From Candidatus Onstottus frigus (GTDB lineage Bacteria > Acidobacteriota > Blastocatellia > UBA7656): a stretch of DNA of 64,000 nt. Where the stretch lies: assembly GCA_038040445.1 (NCBI GenBank), contig JBBPIG010000002.1, positions 257,847 to 321,846 on the forward strand, read 5' to 3'. The position numbers and the translations under genes were made by a program. The notes beneath the pieces were generated by a model. It was not told the DNA's origin, made no database searches, and was given only the letters and a program-made list of their open reading frames with translations. The first letter of the stretch is position 1. Each line of letters begins with the position of its first letter. Below are positions 30,134 to 40,035 of this stretch, one piece after another.

Positions 30134-32170
30134 ATGGAAGAAGTATTCGGCCCGGGCGGATTAATCGCCCAACATCATCCCAACTACGAATACCGGCCCG
30201 GCCAGGTCGAGATGGCCGAGGCTGTCAACAATATCCTTAAGGACGGCGGCCTCGCCTTGATCGAAGCCGGAACCGGAACCGGCAAAACGCTCGCGTATCT
30301 GATACCCGCCATCGCAGCCGGACGCCGTGTGCTTGTGTCAACCGCGACAAAGAACCTCCAAGAGCAACTGCATAAAAAAGACGTTCCCTTTCTTCAACAG
30401 ATCATCCCGCGTGAGTTCAAAGTCACTTGCATGAAGGGCCGCTCGAATTACGTTTGCCTTCATCGGATGAAGAAGGCCGCCGGCACGCCGATGTTACAAG
30501 GACTCGAAGAGATCGATTACTTCGATCAGATTCGGAAATGGGCGGCCGAGAGCAAAACCGGCGACCGTGCCGAGCTAACCGACCTCCCCGAAGACCTTTC
30601 ATTCTGGCCCCAGATCGACGCGCGAGCCGATACGTGTCTCGGCCAGAAGTGTCCGGACTTTGACGCGTGCTTCATAACGCGAATGCGGCGCGAGGCGATG
30701 GAGGCCGACGTGGTGATCGTCAATCATCATCTCTTCTTCGCCGATCTCGCGCTGCGCGGCGGAGACTACGGCTCGGTGCTGCCCGACTACAATACGGTTA
30801 TCTTCGACGAGGCGCACGAGCTTGAAGACGTTGCCGCTTCTTACTTCGGCACAAGCGTTTCGAACTACCGCGTGAATGACCTCGTCCAAGATGCAAACAA
30901 ACTCGCGATCAAAGAGCCCGAACAGCAAGGAGAGTTGCTAAAGGCGCTGGCGAGATTGACTCAGCGATCGGATATGTTCTGGCTATCGTTTCGCGGAGGC
31001 AGCCTCGACGACGATTCGCCGGAAGGCGGCGGCAATGCTTCGCCATCCAGTGGCCGGTGGCAATCGAACAGAAACACATACCGGCCCCGCGGCTCTTCAC
31101 TGGATGGACGCTATCCGCTGAGCAGCTCGCGGTTCGCTCGAGTCGATCGCGAAGACAACCTTACACCGACCGCGACCGGTGAAGCTTACATCGCGCTCAG
31201 TAATGCCATCGATCGTCTGACAACCATGCTCGGCGTCGTGAAGGACCCGCCGGCGGAACTCGACAACATCGTTCGGCGAGCACAGAGCCTGAAGTTCGAT
31301 CTTGAGTTCGTCGTGAGCTGCGATCAGCCGGATTTCGTCTACTGGTGCGAAAAACGCGGCCGAGGCGTGTTCATCAATGCGACGCCGATCGACGTGTCCG
31401 GCATACTGGAAGAAAACCTCTTCGCCAAGTTGCAAACGGCCGTGCTGACTTCGGCAACGATGACCGCCGGTGCAGCCTTTGATTTCATCCGCGGCCGGCT
31501 CGGCATTCGACAAGCTCGTGAGTTGATCGTCGAATCTCATTTCGATTTTAAGAAGCAGGCAGTGCTTTATCTTCCCCGCGGCATGCCCGACCCGCGAAGC
31601 CGTGACTTCCTGGACGCGTCGGTGGACGAAATCGTTCGGATTCTGGAAGCGACTCGAGGGCGCGCGTTTGTGCTGTTCACGAGCCTGGCTTCGATGCGCG
31701 AGACGCACGAGCGAGTGCGCGACTTGATCGACTATCCAACTTTCATTCAAGGCCAGGGTTCAAAGACAGGTCTGCTCGATCGCTTTCGAAAGACTGAAGG
31801 GGCGGTGTTGTTTGCGACCTCTTCGTTCTGGCAAGGCGTTGACGTTCAGGGCGAAGCGCTCTCCTGCGTGATCATCTCGAAGCTGCCGTTCGCGGTCCCC
31901 AGTGATCCGGTCGTCGCCGCTCGCCAGAAATACATCGACGATCAAGGCGGCAATTCGTTTTATCAATACTCGGTGCCTCAAGCAGCGATCACCTTGAAGC
32001 AAGGTTTGGGCAGACTGATTCGTTCAACTAGCGACAAAGGTGTCCTTTCGATATTGGACCCGCGAGTGAAGACGAAGTCCTACGGAAGGGTTTTTCTCCA
32101 AAGCATTCCTCAATGCCGCGTGACTTCAAGCATCGAGGAAGCAGCGGCGATCTTCACGGATCATACCTAG
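30134..32170 (+). CDS. DinG/XPD (Rad3)-family ATP-dependent DNA helicase with FeS-cluster cysteines
   Basis: Walker A AGTGTGKT; four Cys (CMKGRSNYVC…C…CPDFDAC); DEAH box FDEAHE; helicase C-terminal motifs; ~70-aa low-complexity Ser/Gly/Arg insert. Confidence 0.85.
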   Translation: MEEVFGPGGLIAQHHPNYEYRPGQVEMAEAVNNILKDGGLALIEAGTGTGKTLAYLIPAIAAGRRVLVSTATKNLQEQLHKKDVPFLQQIIPREFKVTCMKGRSNYVCLHRMKKAAGTPMLQGLEEIDYFDQIRKWAAESKTGDRAELTDLPEDLSFWPQIDARADTCLGQKCPDFDACFITRMRREAMEADVVIVNHHLFFADLALRGGDYGSVLPDYNTVIFDEAHELEDVAASYFGTSVSNYRVNDLVQDANKLAIKEPEQQGELLKALARLTQRSDMFWLSFRGGSLDDDSPEGGGNASPSSGRWQSNRNTYRPRGSSLDGRYPLSSSRFARVDREDNLTPTATGEAYIALSNAIDRLTTMLGVVKDPPAELDNIVRRAQSLKFDLEFVVSCDQPDFVYWCEKRGRGVFINATPIDVSGILEENLFAKLQTAVLTSATMTAGAAFDFIRGRLGIRQARELIVESHFDFKKQAVLYLPRGMPDPRSRDFLDASVDEIVRILEATRGRAFVLFTSLASMRETHERVRDLIDYPTFIQGQGSKTGLLDRFRKTEGAVLFATSSFWQGVDVQGEALSCVIISKLPFAVPSDPVVAARQKYIDDQGGNSFYQYSVPQAAITLKQGLGRLIRSTSDKGVLSILDPRVKTKSYGRVFLQSIPQCRVTSSIEEAAAIFTDHT

Positions 32171-32207
32171 AGGAGCGTGTAACAGACATTTCGCAGTGAA
32201 GACGTGT

Positions 32208-32320
32208 ATCCGCGCAAATCCGCCGGATCAGTGTCATCCGTGGTCTATGCGGCACTAGCAAACCGATTCTTCCGAACGGATAGACCACCGATGAAACGGA
32301 TTCGACGGATTTGCGCGGAT
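32208..32320. mobile_element. MITE-like ~110-bp palindromic element, copy A
   Basis: Terminal inverted repeats ATCCGCGCAAATCCG…CGGATTTGCGCGGAT and inner arms CATCCGTGGTCTAT…ATAGACCACCGATG; homologous copy at 63088-63186. Confidence 0.55.
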
Positions 32321-32820
32321 CTCTTATCGGTCACCAGTTGAAGACGGACTACGCCGCCGCCATCACCGCCTACCGGGAGGCGTTCGAGCTGTGGCGCACC
32401 TTGTCGGTCGAGAGCGTGGACGTGGCCACCGCCCTGAACGACCTCGCGGGTGCCGAGCAACTCTGCCGCGATCTTGAGGCGGCGGAGCGAGATTATCGCG
32501 AGGCGCTACGAGTCGCCCGCGCGGTCGGTTACGTCGAGGGAGTGGCCGACTTCACTGGCAGTCTGGCTGCGCTGGCGCTGGATCGGGAAGACTGGACGGG
32601 GGCCGAGACCTTGGCCCGCGAGGCACTGCCCTTGTCCGAAAAGTTGGGCCGCCAGGAACTGATTGCCCTCGACAGTAGACGCCTCGCCCAAGCGCTGGTG
32701 CGGCAGGGCAAGCCCGCCGAAGCCCTTCCCCACGCCCAGCGGGCGGTGGCAATCTTCACGCGGCTCGGCTCGCCCGAGCTCGAAGACGCCCGCGAGATCC
32801 TGCAAGAGTGCCAGTCTTGA
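32311..32820 (+). CDS. TPR-repeat protein (short, possibly 5'-truncated by the adjacent element)
   Basis: TPR-like helical repeats; TTG start lies inside the palindromic element; 68% GC. Confidence 0.45.
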   Translation: MRGSLIGHQLKTDYAAAITAYREAFELWRTLSVESVDVATALNDLAGAEQLCRDLEAAERDYREALRVARAVGYVEGVADFTGSLAALALDREDWTGAETLAREALPLSEKLGRQELIALDSRRLAQALVRQGKPAEALPHAQRAVAIFTRLGSPELEDAREILQECQS

Positions 32821-33404
32821 CCGTCCGAAGAAAATCAGGAGTTGGAACCCTGTCGCAGGGGCCGGAATCGGGTCAGCAACGCTACGCGAGCGCTACGATT
32901 GCAGTTTAGAACCGGCTTCGGGAAGCGAGGCATTGAAGGCGTTTTGGACTCTGCGGCCCTGCCTACCTCTTGACGAGCACCACTGGCGATTGTTCCGCCG
33001 CAGACACAGACTAAAAAAGTCTGTGCTACAAAGGACCGGCACGAGAACCCGGCCTCCCAACAACGATCGATGAAATGATCGAGCAACTGGGCTACATCAT
33101 ATCGAGAGAGAGAGTAACAACGTTGCACGGGTAATTCACTTTCTTGGGAGCACGAACAGTTTCAACGACGCCCCAAGTTGCCCCTCGAATGCTGTTCGCG
33201 CGCTCAACGTGCTTTGAAGAGTTTCGCAAGGAAATTCCATTGCAACCCGGCGCAAGGGATGATAGGTTATGCACCGCTACGCCAAATTTCAGCCTGTTAA
33301 GTATCCTCGGCAGGCTCTAACGTGAGTTTAATCGTCTGTTAGCACCTCCTTCTGCTGAAGCAGATTTCGGCTCGAACGATGGTTTAATTGCTAAAGGAGA
33401 CACG

Positions 33405-35480
33405 ATGGCAATAAAGAAGCAGCCACTTGTTTTGGGTGACCAAAGTCGCAAGTGTCAACCGCGTCTTCGGATGATCGCCAACGGGAGCGATAAGGTTAAC
33501 ACGGTAAGAGCCGAGCAATGTTCGTCGCTCTCGGTAACGAACTCCAAGCTTCTCAAAGAGATTCCCCTCCTGCGCGGCGAGGATGCGGTCCCATTGAAAA
33601 GGATCGAGCTTCCAAAAAGCGTCATGCCCAAGACACAAAAGCAGGTGCCCGCGGATATTCTCGCCAATGTCTTCATCGAAACACTCGATGCCACGGCGCC
33701 GCAGAAACGAAAGTTTCCCGGAGAGCGGGCGCGGAAATCGAATCTGGTGACCGCTCAGGTTCCTCTCAACAAGATCAAGGAGATTGCCGCCAGGGACAAC
33801 GTTACTTACATAGAGCTGGGCGAACGGCTCGCCGCACCCACGCCAACAGTCTCCGCCAAATCAGTCGCGGCGCCCTCCCAATCCCTGCGCCGATTCGGCA
33901 CCGCACAGCAAAGGAAGAACGCTGAGAATGTGCTGATAGGAATCATAGACGTGCAGGGCTTCGACTTCTCACATCCCGATTTTCTTGATGCCGGCGGGCA
34001 GACCAGGTTCGTACGGATCTGGGATCAAGGAGGCTCGACCCGCCCGCACCCAAAAGGCGTCAAGCAATTCGCTTACGGATCGGAATTTCGTCGAGAGCAT
34101 CTGAATGCCGCGATTGCGGCCGCGCCCAAACTCAAGCTTCCTCCTTTTGAGTTAGAACCGCAGTCACAGATGGCGGTTGGCTCGCACGGCACACACGTGG
34201 CTAGCATTGCTGCCGGCAATCGCGGCGTCTGCCCTGAGGCTATGATCGCCGGTGTGGTCATATCGCTTCCGGCGGCAGATCAGGACCGGCGTAAATCCTT
34301 TTACGATTCGACGCGCATTGCCGACGCCGTTGATTATCTCGTCAACCTCACGGCCGAGTTCTCCGCCAAACGGAAGGAGCCTGTGCGCCTGTCGGTCAAC
34401 ATCAGTCTGGGCACCAATGGACACGCGCACGATGGTTCGAGTGCGATCTCGCGCTGGATTGACGCCGCGATGTCCCTTCCGGGTCGCTGTGTTTGTGTTG
34501 CCGCGGGCAACGCCGGACAAGAAGTCGCCGCCTTTGAAGGCGACAGCGGATTCGTCATGGGCCGTATCCACACCAGTGGCGGCGTCCCCGCACGCGATCT
34601 GGTGAAAGACATCGAGTGGCTAGTGGTGGGCAACGGGATCGCGGATGTTTCCGAGAACGAGCTGGAGATTTGGTACAGCCCGCAGGACCGCTTCGCTGTG
34701 ATGGTTCGTCCGCCCAATTCGACGCAATGGATCGGCCCGGTTGAGCCCCGCCAGTTTATCGAGAATCGGCAACTCAAGGACGGGAGTTTTCTGAGCATCT
34801 ACAATGAGCTTTACTATCCGGCGAACGGGGCCAACTACATTTCGATCTACCTTTCGCCGCTGCTTTCCGAGAAGGGAATCGTCGGAGTGCAGGCCGGACG
34901 CTGGACGGTACGCTTGCTCGGGCGCGAGGTGCGCGACGGCCGCTATCACGCATGGATCGAACGTGACGACCCGCGCCCTCAGGGCCGGTTGGGCGAGCGG
35001 GAGATGTGGCGATTCCCCTCCTTCTTTTCCGAAGCGTCGAATGTTGACAACTCATCGGTCAGCTCGCTGGCCTGCGGCAACCGCGTTATCGGTGTGGCCA
35101 ACCTGGATGACGCGGCCGAGCGCATCCACATCACAAGCAGTCAGGGGCCAACTCGGGACGAGCGAAACAAGCCGGACACGGCGGCTCCAGGCACGAATAT
35201 CCCCGCAGCCAAGGGTTTCGCCGGGCCTGATGACCTGTGGATCTCGATGACCGGCACCAGCATGGCCAGTCCTTTCGTAGCCGGCGTCGCCGGACTGATG
35301 CTGGGCGTTGAGCCGAAACTCACCGCGGCGCAACTCGAAGGCATCATCATCCGCACCGCCCGCCCTCTGCCCGGGGCAAGCTTCAAATGGCTTAATGATT
35401 CGGGCTTCGGAAGGATTGATCCCGATGCTTGCCTGGCAGAAGCGGCGATGATCAATCAACGGGAGGACAAAACAAAATGA
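33405..35480 (+). CDS. Subtilisin-like S8 serine peptidase, apparently intracellular (no signal peptide)
   Basis: Asp GIIDVQGFD, His GSHGTHVASIAAG, Ser GTSMASPFVAGVAGLM; ~180-aa N-terminal region of unknown function. Confidence 0.85.
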   Translation: MAIKKQPLVLGDQSRKCQPRLRMIANGSDKVNTVRAEQCSSLSVTNSKLLKEIPLLRGEDAVPLKRIELPKSVMPKTQKQVPADILANVFIETLDATAPQKRKFPGERARKSNLVTAQVPLNKIKEIAARDNVTYIELGERLAAPTPTVSAKSVAAPSQSLRRFGTAQQRKNAENVLIGIIDVQGFDFSHPDFLDAGGQTRFVRIWDQGGSTRPHPKGVKQFAYGSEFRREHLNAAIAAAPKLKLPPFELEPQSQMAVGSHGTHVASIAAGNRGVCPEAMIAGVVISLPAADQDRRKSFYDSTRIADAVDYLVNLTAEFSAKRKEPVRLSVNISLGTNGHAHDGSSAISRWIDAAMSLPGRCVCVAAGNAGQEVAAFEGDSGFVMGRIHTSGGVPARDLVKDIEWLVVGNGIADVSENELEIWYSPQDRFAVMVRPPNSTQWIGPVEPRQFIENRQLKDGSFLSIYNELYYPANGANYISIYLSPLLSEKGIVGVQAGRWTVRLLGREVRDGRYHAWIERDDPRPQGRLGEREMWRFPSFFSEASNVDNSSVSSLACGNRVIGVANLDDAAERIHITSSQGPTRDERNKPDTAAPGTNIPAAKGFAGPDDLWISMTGTSMASPFVAGVAGLMLGVEPKLTAAQLEGIIIRTARPLPGASFKWLNDSGFGRIDPDACLAEAAMINQREDKTK

Positions 35481-36826
35481 AGCTGACCGTCTTTCAATCC
35501 GACAAGGGGGACTGCCTTCTGCTGACAGGCGCGGACGGGCGACGGATGCTGGTCGACGGCGGAATGCGTGCCTCTTATTCAGAGCACGTCGCGCCCGCGA
35601 CGGGCAAGCTGCGCGACAACGGCGAGAACATCGACGTCGTTTACGTCTCGCACATCGATCAGGATCACATATCGGGCGTGCTGCAAATGATGGACGACGA
35701 AGTTGCCTGGCGCATTCATGATTTCCAGGTGACTAACGACAACCCCAATCATAAGGAGCCCGATTCCCCACGCCCGCCGAAGGTCGCCCAGATTTGGCAT
35801 AACGCCTTTCACGACCAGATCAAAGACAATGCCGGTGAGATCGAGGAAATGCTGGCGGCTTCGGCGGCTATCCTCTCAGGCGCTGGGAGAGAGTCCGTCA
35901 GAGAGCTTGCGTCGGCGCAGGACGAGCTGGTGACAAGCATCGCCGAGGCGATCAAGCTGACCAAGCGCGTCAGCCCGGCTCAACTCGGCATCAAACTGAA
36001 TGTCCCGGCCAAGGGAAAGCTGATGCTGGTACGCCCCTCAACCACCGCCGCCATCAAACTCGGCGGCATGCGGTTCTCCATCATCGGGCCATTCTCCGCG
36101 GACCTGACGAAGCTGAGAGCGGAATGGAACAAGTGGCTGACCGATAATAAACCGCAGCTAAAATCCATACAGGCAGCGGCCAAAAAAGACGAGGCCAGTT
36201 TTGGCGCCGCCGAGATCGACGACCTCCTTCTGCCGAAGCTCGCGCAGGCGGAGCAGATGAGCGCGCTCTTGACGCCGGACGACTTGGCAACGGCGTTCAA
36301 ACTCGGCGAGCGCGAGAATGTTACAACTCCGAATCTCGCCTCGCTGATGTTCTTCGTCGAAGAGAATGGAAAGACGCTGCTTCTGACAGGCGACGGTCAC
36401 CATTTAGATATCTTGAAGGGTCTCAAACACATCAAGAAGCTGAACGGTTCGGGGGGTATCCACGTTAATGTTCTGAAGGTCCAGCATCACGGCAGCGAGC
36501 ACAACCTTAATGAAGCCTTCTGTCGAGCCGTCACCGCCGACCACTATGTTTTTTGCGGAAACGGTAAACATGAGAATCCTGACTTGCAAGTGATTGAAGC
36601 GATCGCGGATTCGCGCATCAGCACTGGCGCGAAGCTCAGCTCAAACCCTCAAGTGGGCAACCCGTTCAAGTTTTCGGTGAACAGCAGTTCAACCGTAACG
36701 AAAAACGCCGAGGCTAAGGCGCACATGAAGAAGGTTGAAAAACTCTTCAGCAACCTCGCCAACAAGAGCAATGGAAAGATGAGCTTTTTCTTTCTCAAAG
36801 GTTCGAGCTTCGAGGTTCAGATATGA
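35477..36826 (+). CDS. MBL-fold metallo-hydrolase-like protein (variant HxDxDH motif)
   Basis: VYVSHIDQDHISG, later LLLTGDG and KVQHHGSEHN; GGGAGG RBS; ATG overlaps S8 stop (ATGA). Confidence 0.6.
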   Translation: MKLTVFQSDKGDCLLLTGADGRRMLVDGGMRASYSEHVAPATGKLRDNGENIDVVYVSHIDQDHISGVLQMMDDEVAWRIHDFQVTNDNPNHKEPDSPRPPKVAQIWHNAFHDQIKDNAGEIEEMLAASAAILSGAGRESVRELASAQDELVTSIAEAIKLTKRVSPAQLGIKLNVPAKGKLMLVRPSTTAAIKLGGMRFSIIGPFSADLTKLRAEWNKWLTDNKPQLKSIQAAAKKDEASFGAAEIDDLLLPKLAQAEQMSALLTPDDLATAFKLGERENVTTPNLASLMFFVEENGKTLLLTGDGHHLDILKGLKHIKKLNGSGGIHVNVLKVQHHGSEHNLNEAFCRAVTADHYVFCGNGKHENPDLQVIEAIADSRISTGAKLSSNPQVGNPFKFSVNSSSTVTKNAEAKAHMKKVEKLFSNLANKSNGKMSFFFLKGSSFEVQI

Positions 36827-37943
36827 GACCTGCGCCGGCTCACCAAGCCGCATAGAGGTGTTGGTTTCATCGCACAAAGGGAATCCGTCTATGAGCGCGC
36901 CAAAGAGAAGGTCAATATCCTCACCTGTGCCCATTCCGCGCTTCAGCGTGTCAGCGGCATTTTTATTTTCCTTCAACCTCGCGAGGTCATCGCCGGTCAG
37001 ACCAGACGCATCGTCATTGATGTTCTTGATTTTGGTCCCGCAAAAGTCGAAGAGCCGTTCCAGCTTTTGGTCCGGCGTTGAGGCGTTGGCAATCGTCGCC
37101 TGAGCCGCTCGTCTTATGTCGTCATTCACCTTCATCTTTGACGTGTATTCATCGTAAACACTCTTATTGAAATCAACTGACATCGAGTATCGCGACGGCT
37201 GGTAAAAGGCGGGCATCCAGGAGCGCACCTGGTCCTCGGGAGGCATGTGAGGCTCATAGTGAAACCCGTGCACGTTGGTCATCGAATCGCTGAAACGTTT
37301 GTCCTTCTCCATCACCATCGGCGTGGATGCCATATTAAACGGCTTGGCGCGAAAGCCCAGAAATATCTCGGAGGAGGTCTTCAGGGTATACTTAACGAGT
37401 TGAATCGGAATGTCTCTCTGAAAGCTCAGACGCGCGAAGTAGCCCGAGGAATCGTGTCTCACTTCGCGCCAGCGATACTCAATTATCACACCCGGTTCCA
37501 CAGCCGGCATCGCAAATGTCTTTGCATTTATCTTGACGCGGCGAAGCTTAACAAGCGTGCTGTCGAAGATGGCTTCGTTCTTCAGCTCTACTATCGTGCC
37601 GTCGGCTTTGATGGTGCGTCCGGCGATGTCCTCGATTGTTCTTCGAAGAGTAAAGGAGTTCTATTTTGCTGCGCAGTTCTTTGCCGCGCTCTGTGAATAT
37701 CTTTATGCGGACGTAGTTCGCAAACACGGTCTTGCCGGGGCTGAAGTCCACTTGCACGTCCCAGAATATCGCTTCTGCGTCCGCGTCTGGTTCCACGACC
37801 GGCGCTTTCAAGGCGAGATGGGCCGGGTCAACGGGTTTCCAGTCAATGGGTCTCCGGTCATCGCCGGCGAGCGCCGGGACGGCTGCGAGCAGGAAACAAA
37901 CGAGAGTAAAGAACACGCGTGCACGTACACGATGTGACGTCAT
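36689..37943 (-). pseudogene. Secreted DUF3857-like protein interrupted by a single frameshift (two ORFs 37548-37943 and 36689-37510)
   Basis: Upstream ORF has signal peptide and ends in out-of-frame junk; +1 frame near 37640-37660 continues as …TIEDIAGRTIKADGTIVELK… directly into downstream ORF MPAVEPGVIIEYRWREV…. Confidence 0.5.
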
Positions 37944-38508
37944 CGAGGCTCCTCCTCTTCAATATTCAAGTATGCTAGAACCGATCTCTGACCTGAGCGC
38001 GATGTGAAAGGAACAACTGTACCAAAAGGACTCGGGGAGTTGTGATTATATTCATAGCGAGGCTGAGTTGTAAACAAGTAATTGTCGAGAGGAGAGAAAC
38101 GTCATACTATCGTGCGAAACACAAGCAACCCTGAGAAAAGGACTTAGGAATATGGCAAAGAGGATCAACCCGGGAATGTTCACGAAAGCCAACGTCGAGT
38201 TGTTGGGATCAGGTCCATCGGCGCGGACCGAATGACTGTTGGCCATGGAATGGACCCACGGCGCGGGCGACCGTCTCTTGGATATTTGGCGTTCGAGGCT
38301 GTGGTTATGTTATGACTCAGCGTTTCGTGTACATCACCGTAAACTCTCTGCCCGAGAGCGAGCACGGCATCAAGGTGCGACCCGCGCCTGACTACACACT
38401 GGGCGAGATGTGCTGCAACCCTAAGCACATCGTCGAGCTTAGACGTGGGAGATCAAGGCCGACACACTGAAACGTCGGTCGCGGCTTGGATCGACATCGG
38501 GCTGGCCC

Positions 38509-40035
38509 TTACTTCTGAAACACCTTATCAACGGGGATCACCTCAACCTTCGTCGGATTGAAATTCAGCTTGTAGCTCTCGATGATCTTGTCTTCATCCA
38601 GGATTTCTTTCGGAGGCAGTGACGTGTAGCTGATCGGCGAAGGCTTGCCCTCGACCGCCGCTTGCTTGAACGCTTCGGCGTCTTTCGTCACCACCGCGAT
38701 CTTAACGTTGTCCGCTTGCAGGTGTTTCTTGATCGCTCGATTCGCATCTTCGAGCTTTAGCTTCGCAAGCTGATCGCGCACATAATCGGTGAAGCCGGGT
38801 ATGCCGTAGTACTTGCTGTCAATCGCGTAGCCCAACTGCGCGTTCTGTGTCTTCGTCAGAGCGTTCACGTTCTTGGTCAGAAACCGCCGCGTCGCCTCGA
38901 AGTCCTCTTGTGACATTCCACTTTGCACAAGTTTGTTCAGCTCATACAACGCGGCGCGCAATGAGAACACTCCGTTCTTAGGCTCGACCGGTCGAATCCA
39001 CACCTGGAAGATCTGCTGGCGCCGGCCGAGGTTCGGGTCAGGCTCGAACTGAAACATCCCGCGAGGAAAGTATTCGATATAAGCATAGTCGCCATAGTTC
39101 AGCCCGCGAATCTGTCTGAGCCGCTTATAGAGGTAGCTGTTGCTCGATCGGTGCTGGCCGAAATACGACTGTACCAGTAACAGCGCGGGCCAGTCCGGAT
39201 CGGACCGCGTGACCGAGATCGGAAAGCCGAATGATATCGCGGTGCCCGGCGTGTCCTTCTGAATGATTTGCATCTCGAGGCCGCTGATTTTCTCAGGTTG
39301 AGCCAGCGTGGGCTTCGACGCCGCGCCCGCCGGGAGCTTTGCGGCGACGTCCGATTGAATTTTCTCTTCGAAGCCCTTCGGATAACCGCCCGCCAGCCCG
39401 AGAACGAAGTTGTCCCGCCTGTAGTTGTCCCGGTAGAACCTCTTCAAATCGTCGATCGTCAGTTTCTCGAGCGACTCGACCGTCCCGACGTTTTGATGCC
39501 CATACGCGTGACCATTGTAAATCGAAACGTACAGCGCTTCCTTGCCGAGCTCCTCATCATTGTTGCCGCGAAGGCTCTCTTTCAAAAAGTTGATCGCGTC
39601 GGTGCGAAGGCGAGTGAAGTCATCCGAGCGAAAGCCCGGATCGAGCAACATGCCCGAGATGATTTGATAGTACTTTTGAAGATTGTCGGCATGCGTCGTG
39701 CCAACGAAGACCGTCATCTCTTTGTCTACTTGCGAGCCGAAGCCGGTTGCCATCGGGTACATAGCCTCAGAGATTTGTTCGTAGCTCATCGCGCGGCTGC
39801 CGCCATCCGAGATCATCGCGGCGGTCAAAGCGGCCACTCCCTCTTTGCCTTTGGGGTCCGACGCCGAACCGGCATTGAACAGCAAACGAAAGCTCACCAG
39901 AGGTGAAGAGTTGGGCAGGAGCACTGATGCCATGCTTGAGGAAGCCTTTCCGGCCCGCGCGAGGCCCATACCCGGCGCGGCGACCGCCAGGATCAACGTG
40001 ACTGCAATCAGCGCCAGCCGGCTACTTGCTCGCAT
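38509..40035 (-). CDS. M16-family peptidase, non-catalytic (M16B-like) subunit
   Basis: Signal peptide; insulinase fold without HxxEH; overlaps and follows catalytic partner. Confidence 0.8.
   Translation of the reverse strand: MRASSRLALIAVTLILAVAAPGMGLARAGKASSSMASVLLPNSSPLVSFRLLFNAGSASDPKGKEGVAALTAAMISDGGSRAMSYEQISEAMYPMATGFGSQVDKEMTVFVGTTHADNLQKYYQIISGMLLDPGFRSDDFTRLRTDAINFLKESLRGNNDEELGKEALYVSIYNGHAYGHQNVGTVESLEKLTIDDLKRFYRDNYRRDNFVLGLAGGYPKGFEEKIQSDVAAKLPAGAASKPTLAQPEKISGLEMQIIQKDTPGTAISFGFPISVTRSDPDWPALLLVQSYFGQHRSSNSYLYKRLRQIRGLNYGDYAYIEYFPRGMFQFEPDPNLGRRQQIFQVWIRPVEPKNGVFSLRAALYELNKLVQSGMSQEDFEATRRFLTKNVNALTKTQNAQLGYAIDSKYYGIPGFTDYVRDQLAKLKLEDANRAIKKHLQADNVKIAVVTKDAEAFKQAAVEGKPSPISYTSLPPKEILDEDKIIESYKLNFNPTKVEVIPVDKVFQK

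Noticed and set aside
30134-32170. DinG helicase as an effector of the adjacent TIR/NDT island
   Set aside because: GC content and full housekeeping-type motif set match core DinG/YoaA-like helicases. Adjacency alone is insufficient. Kept only as a low-interest note.
32311-32820. Full-length TPR-domain gene
   Set aside because: Only 169 aa with a TTG start inside a palindromic element. Treated as a possibly truncated gene rather than an intact TPR protein.
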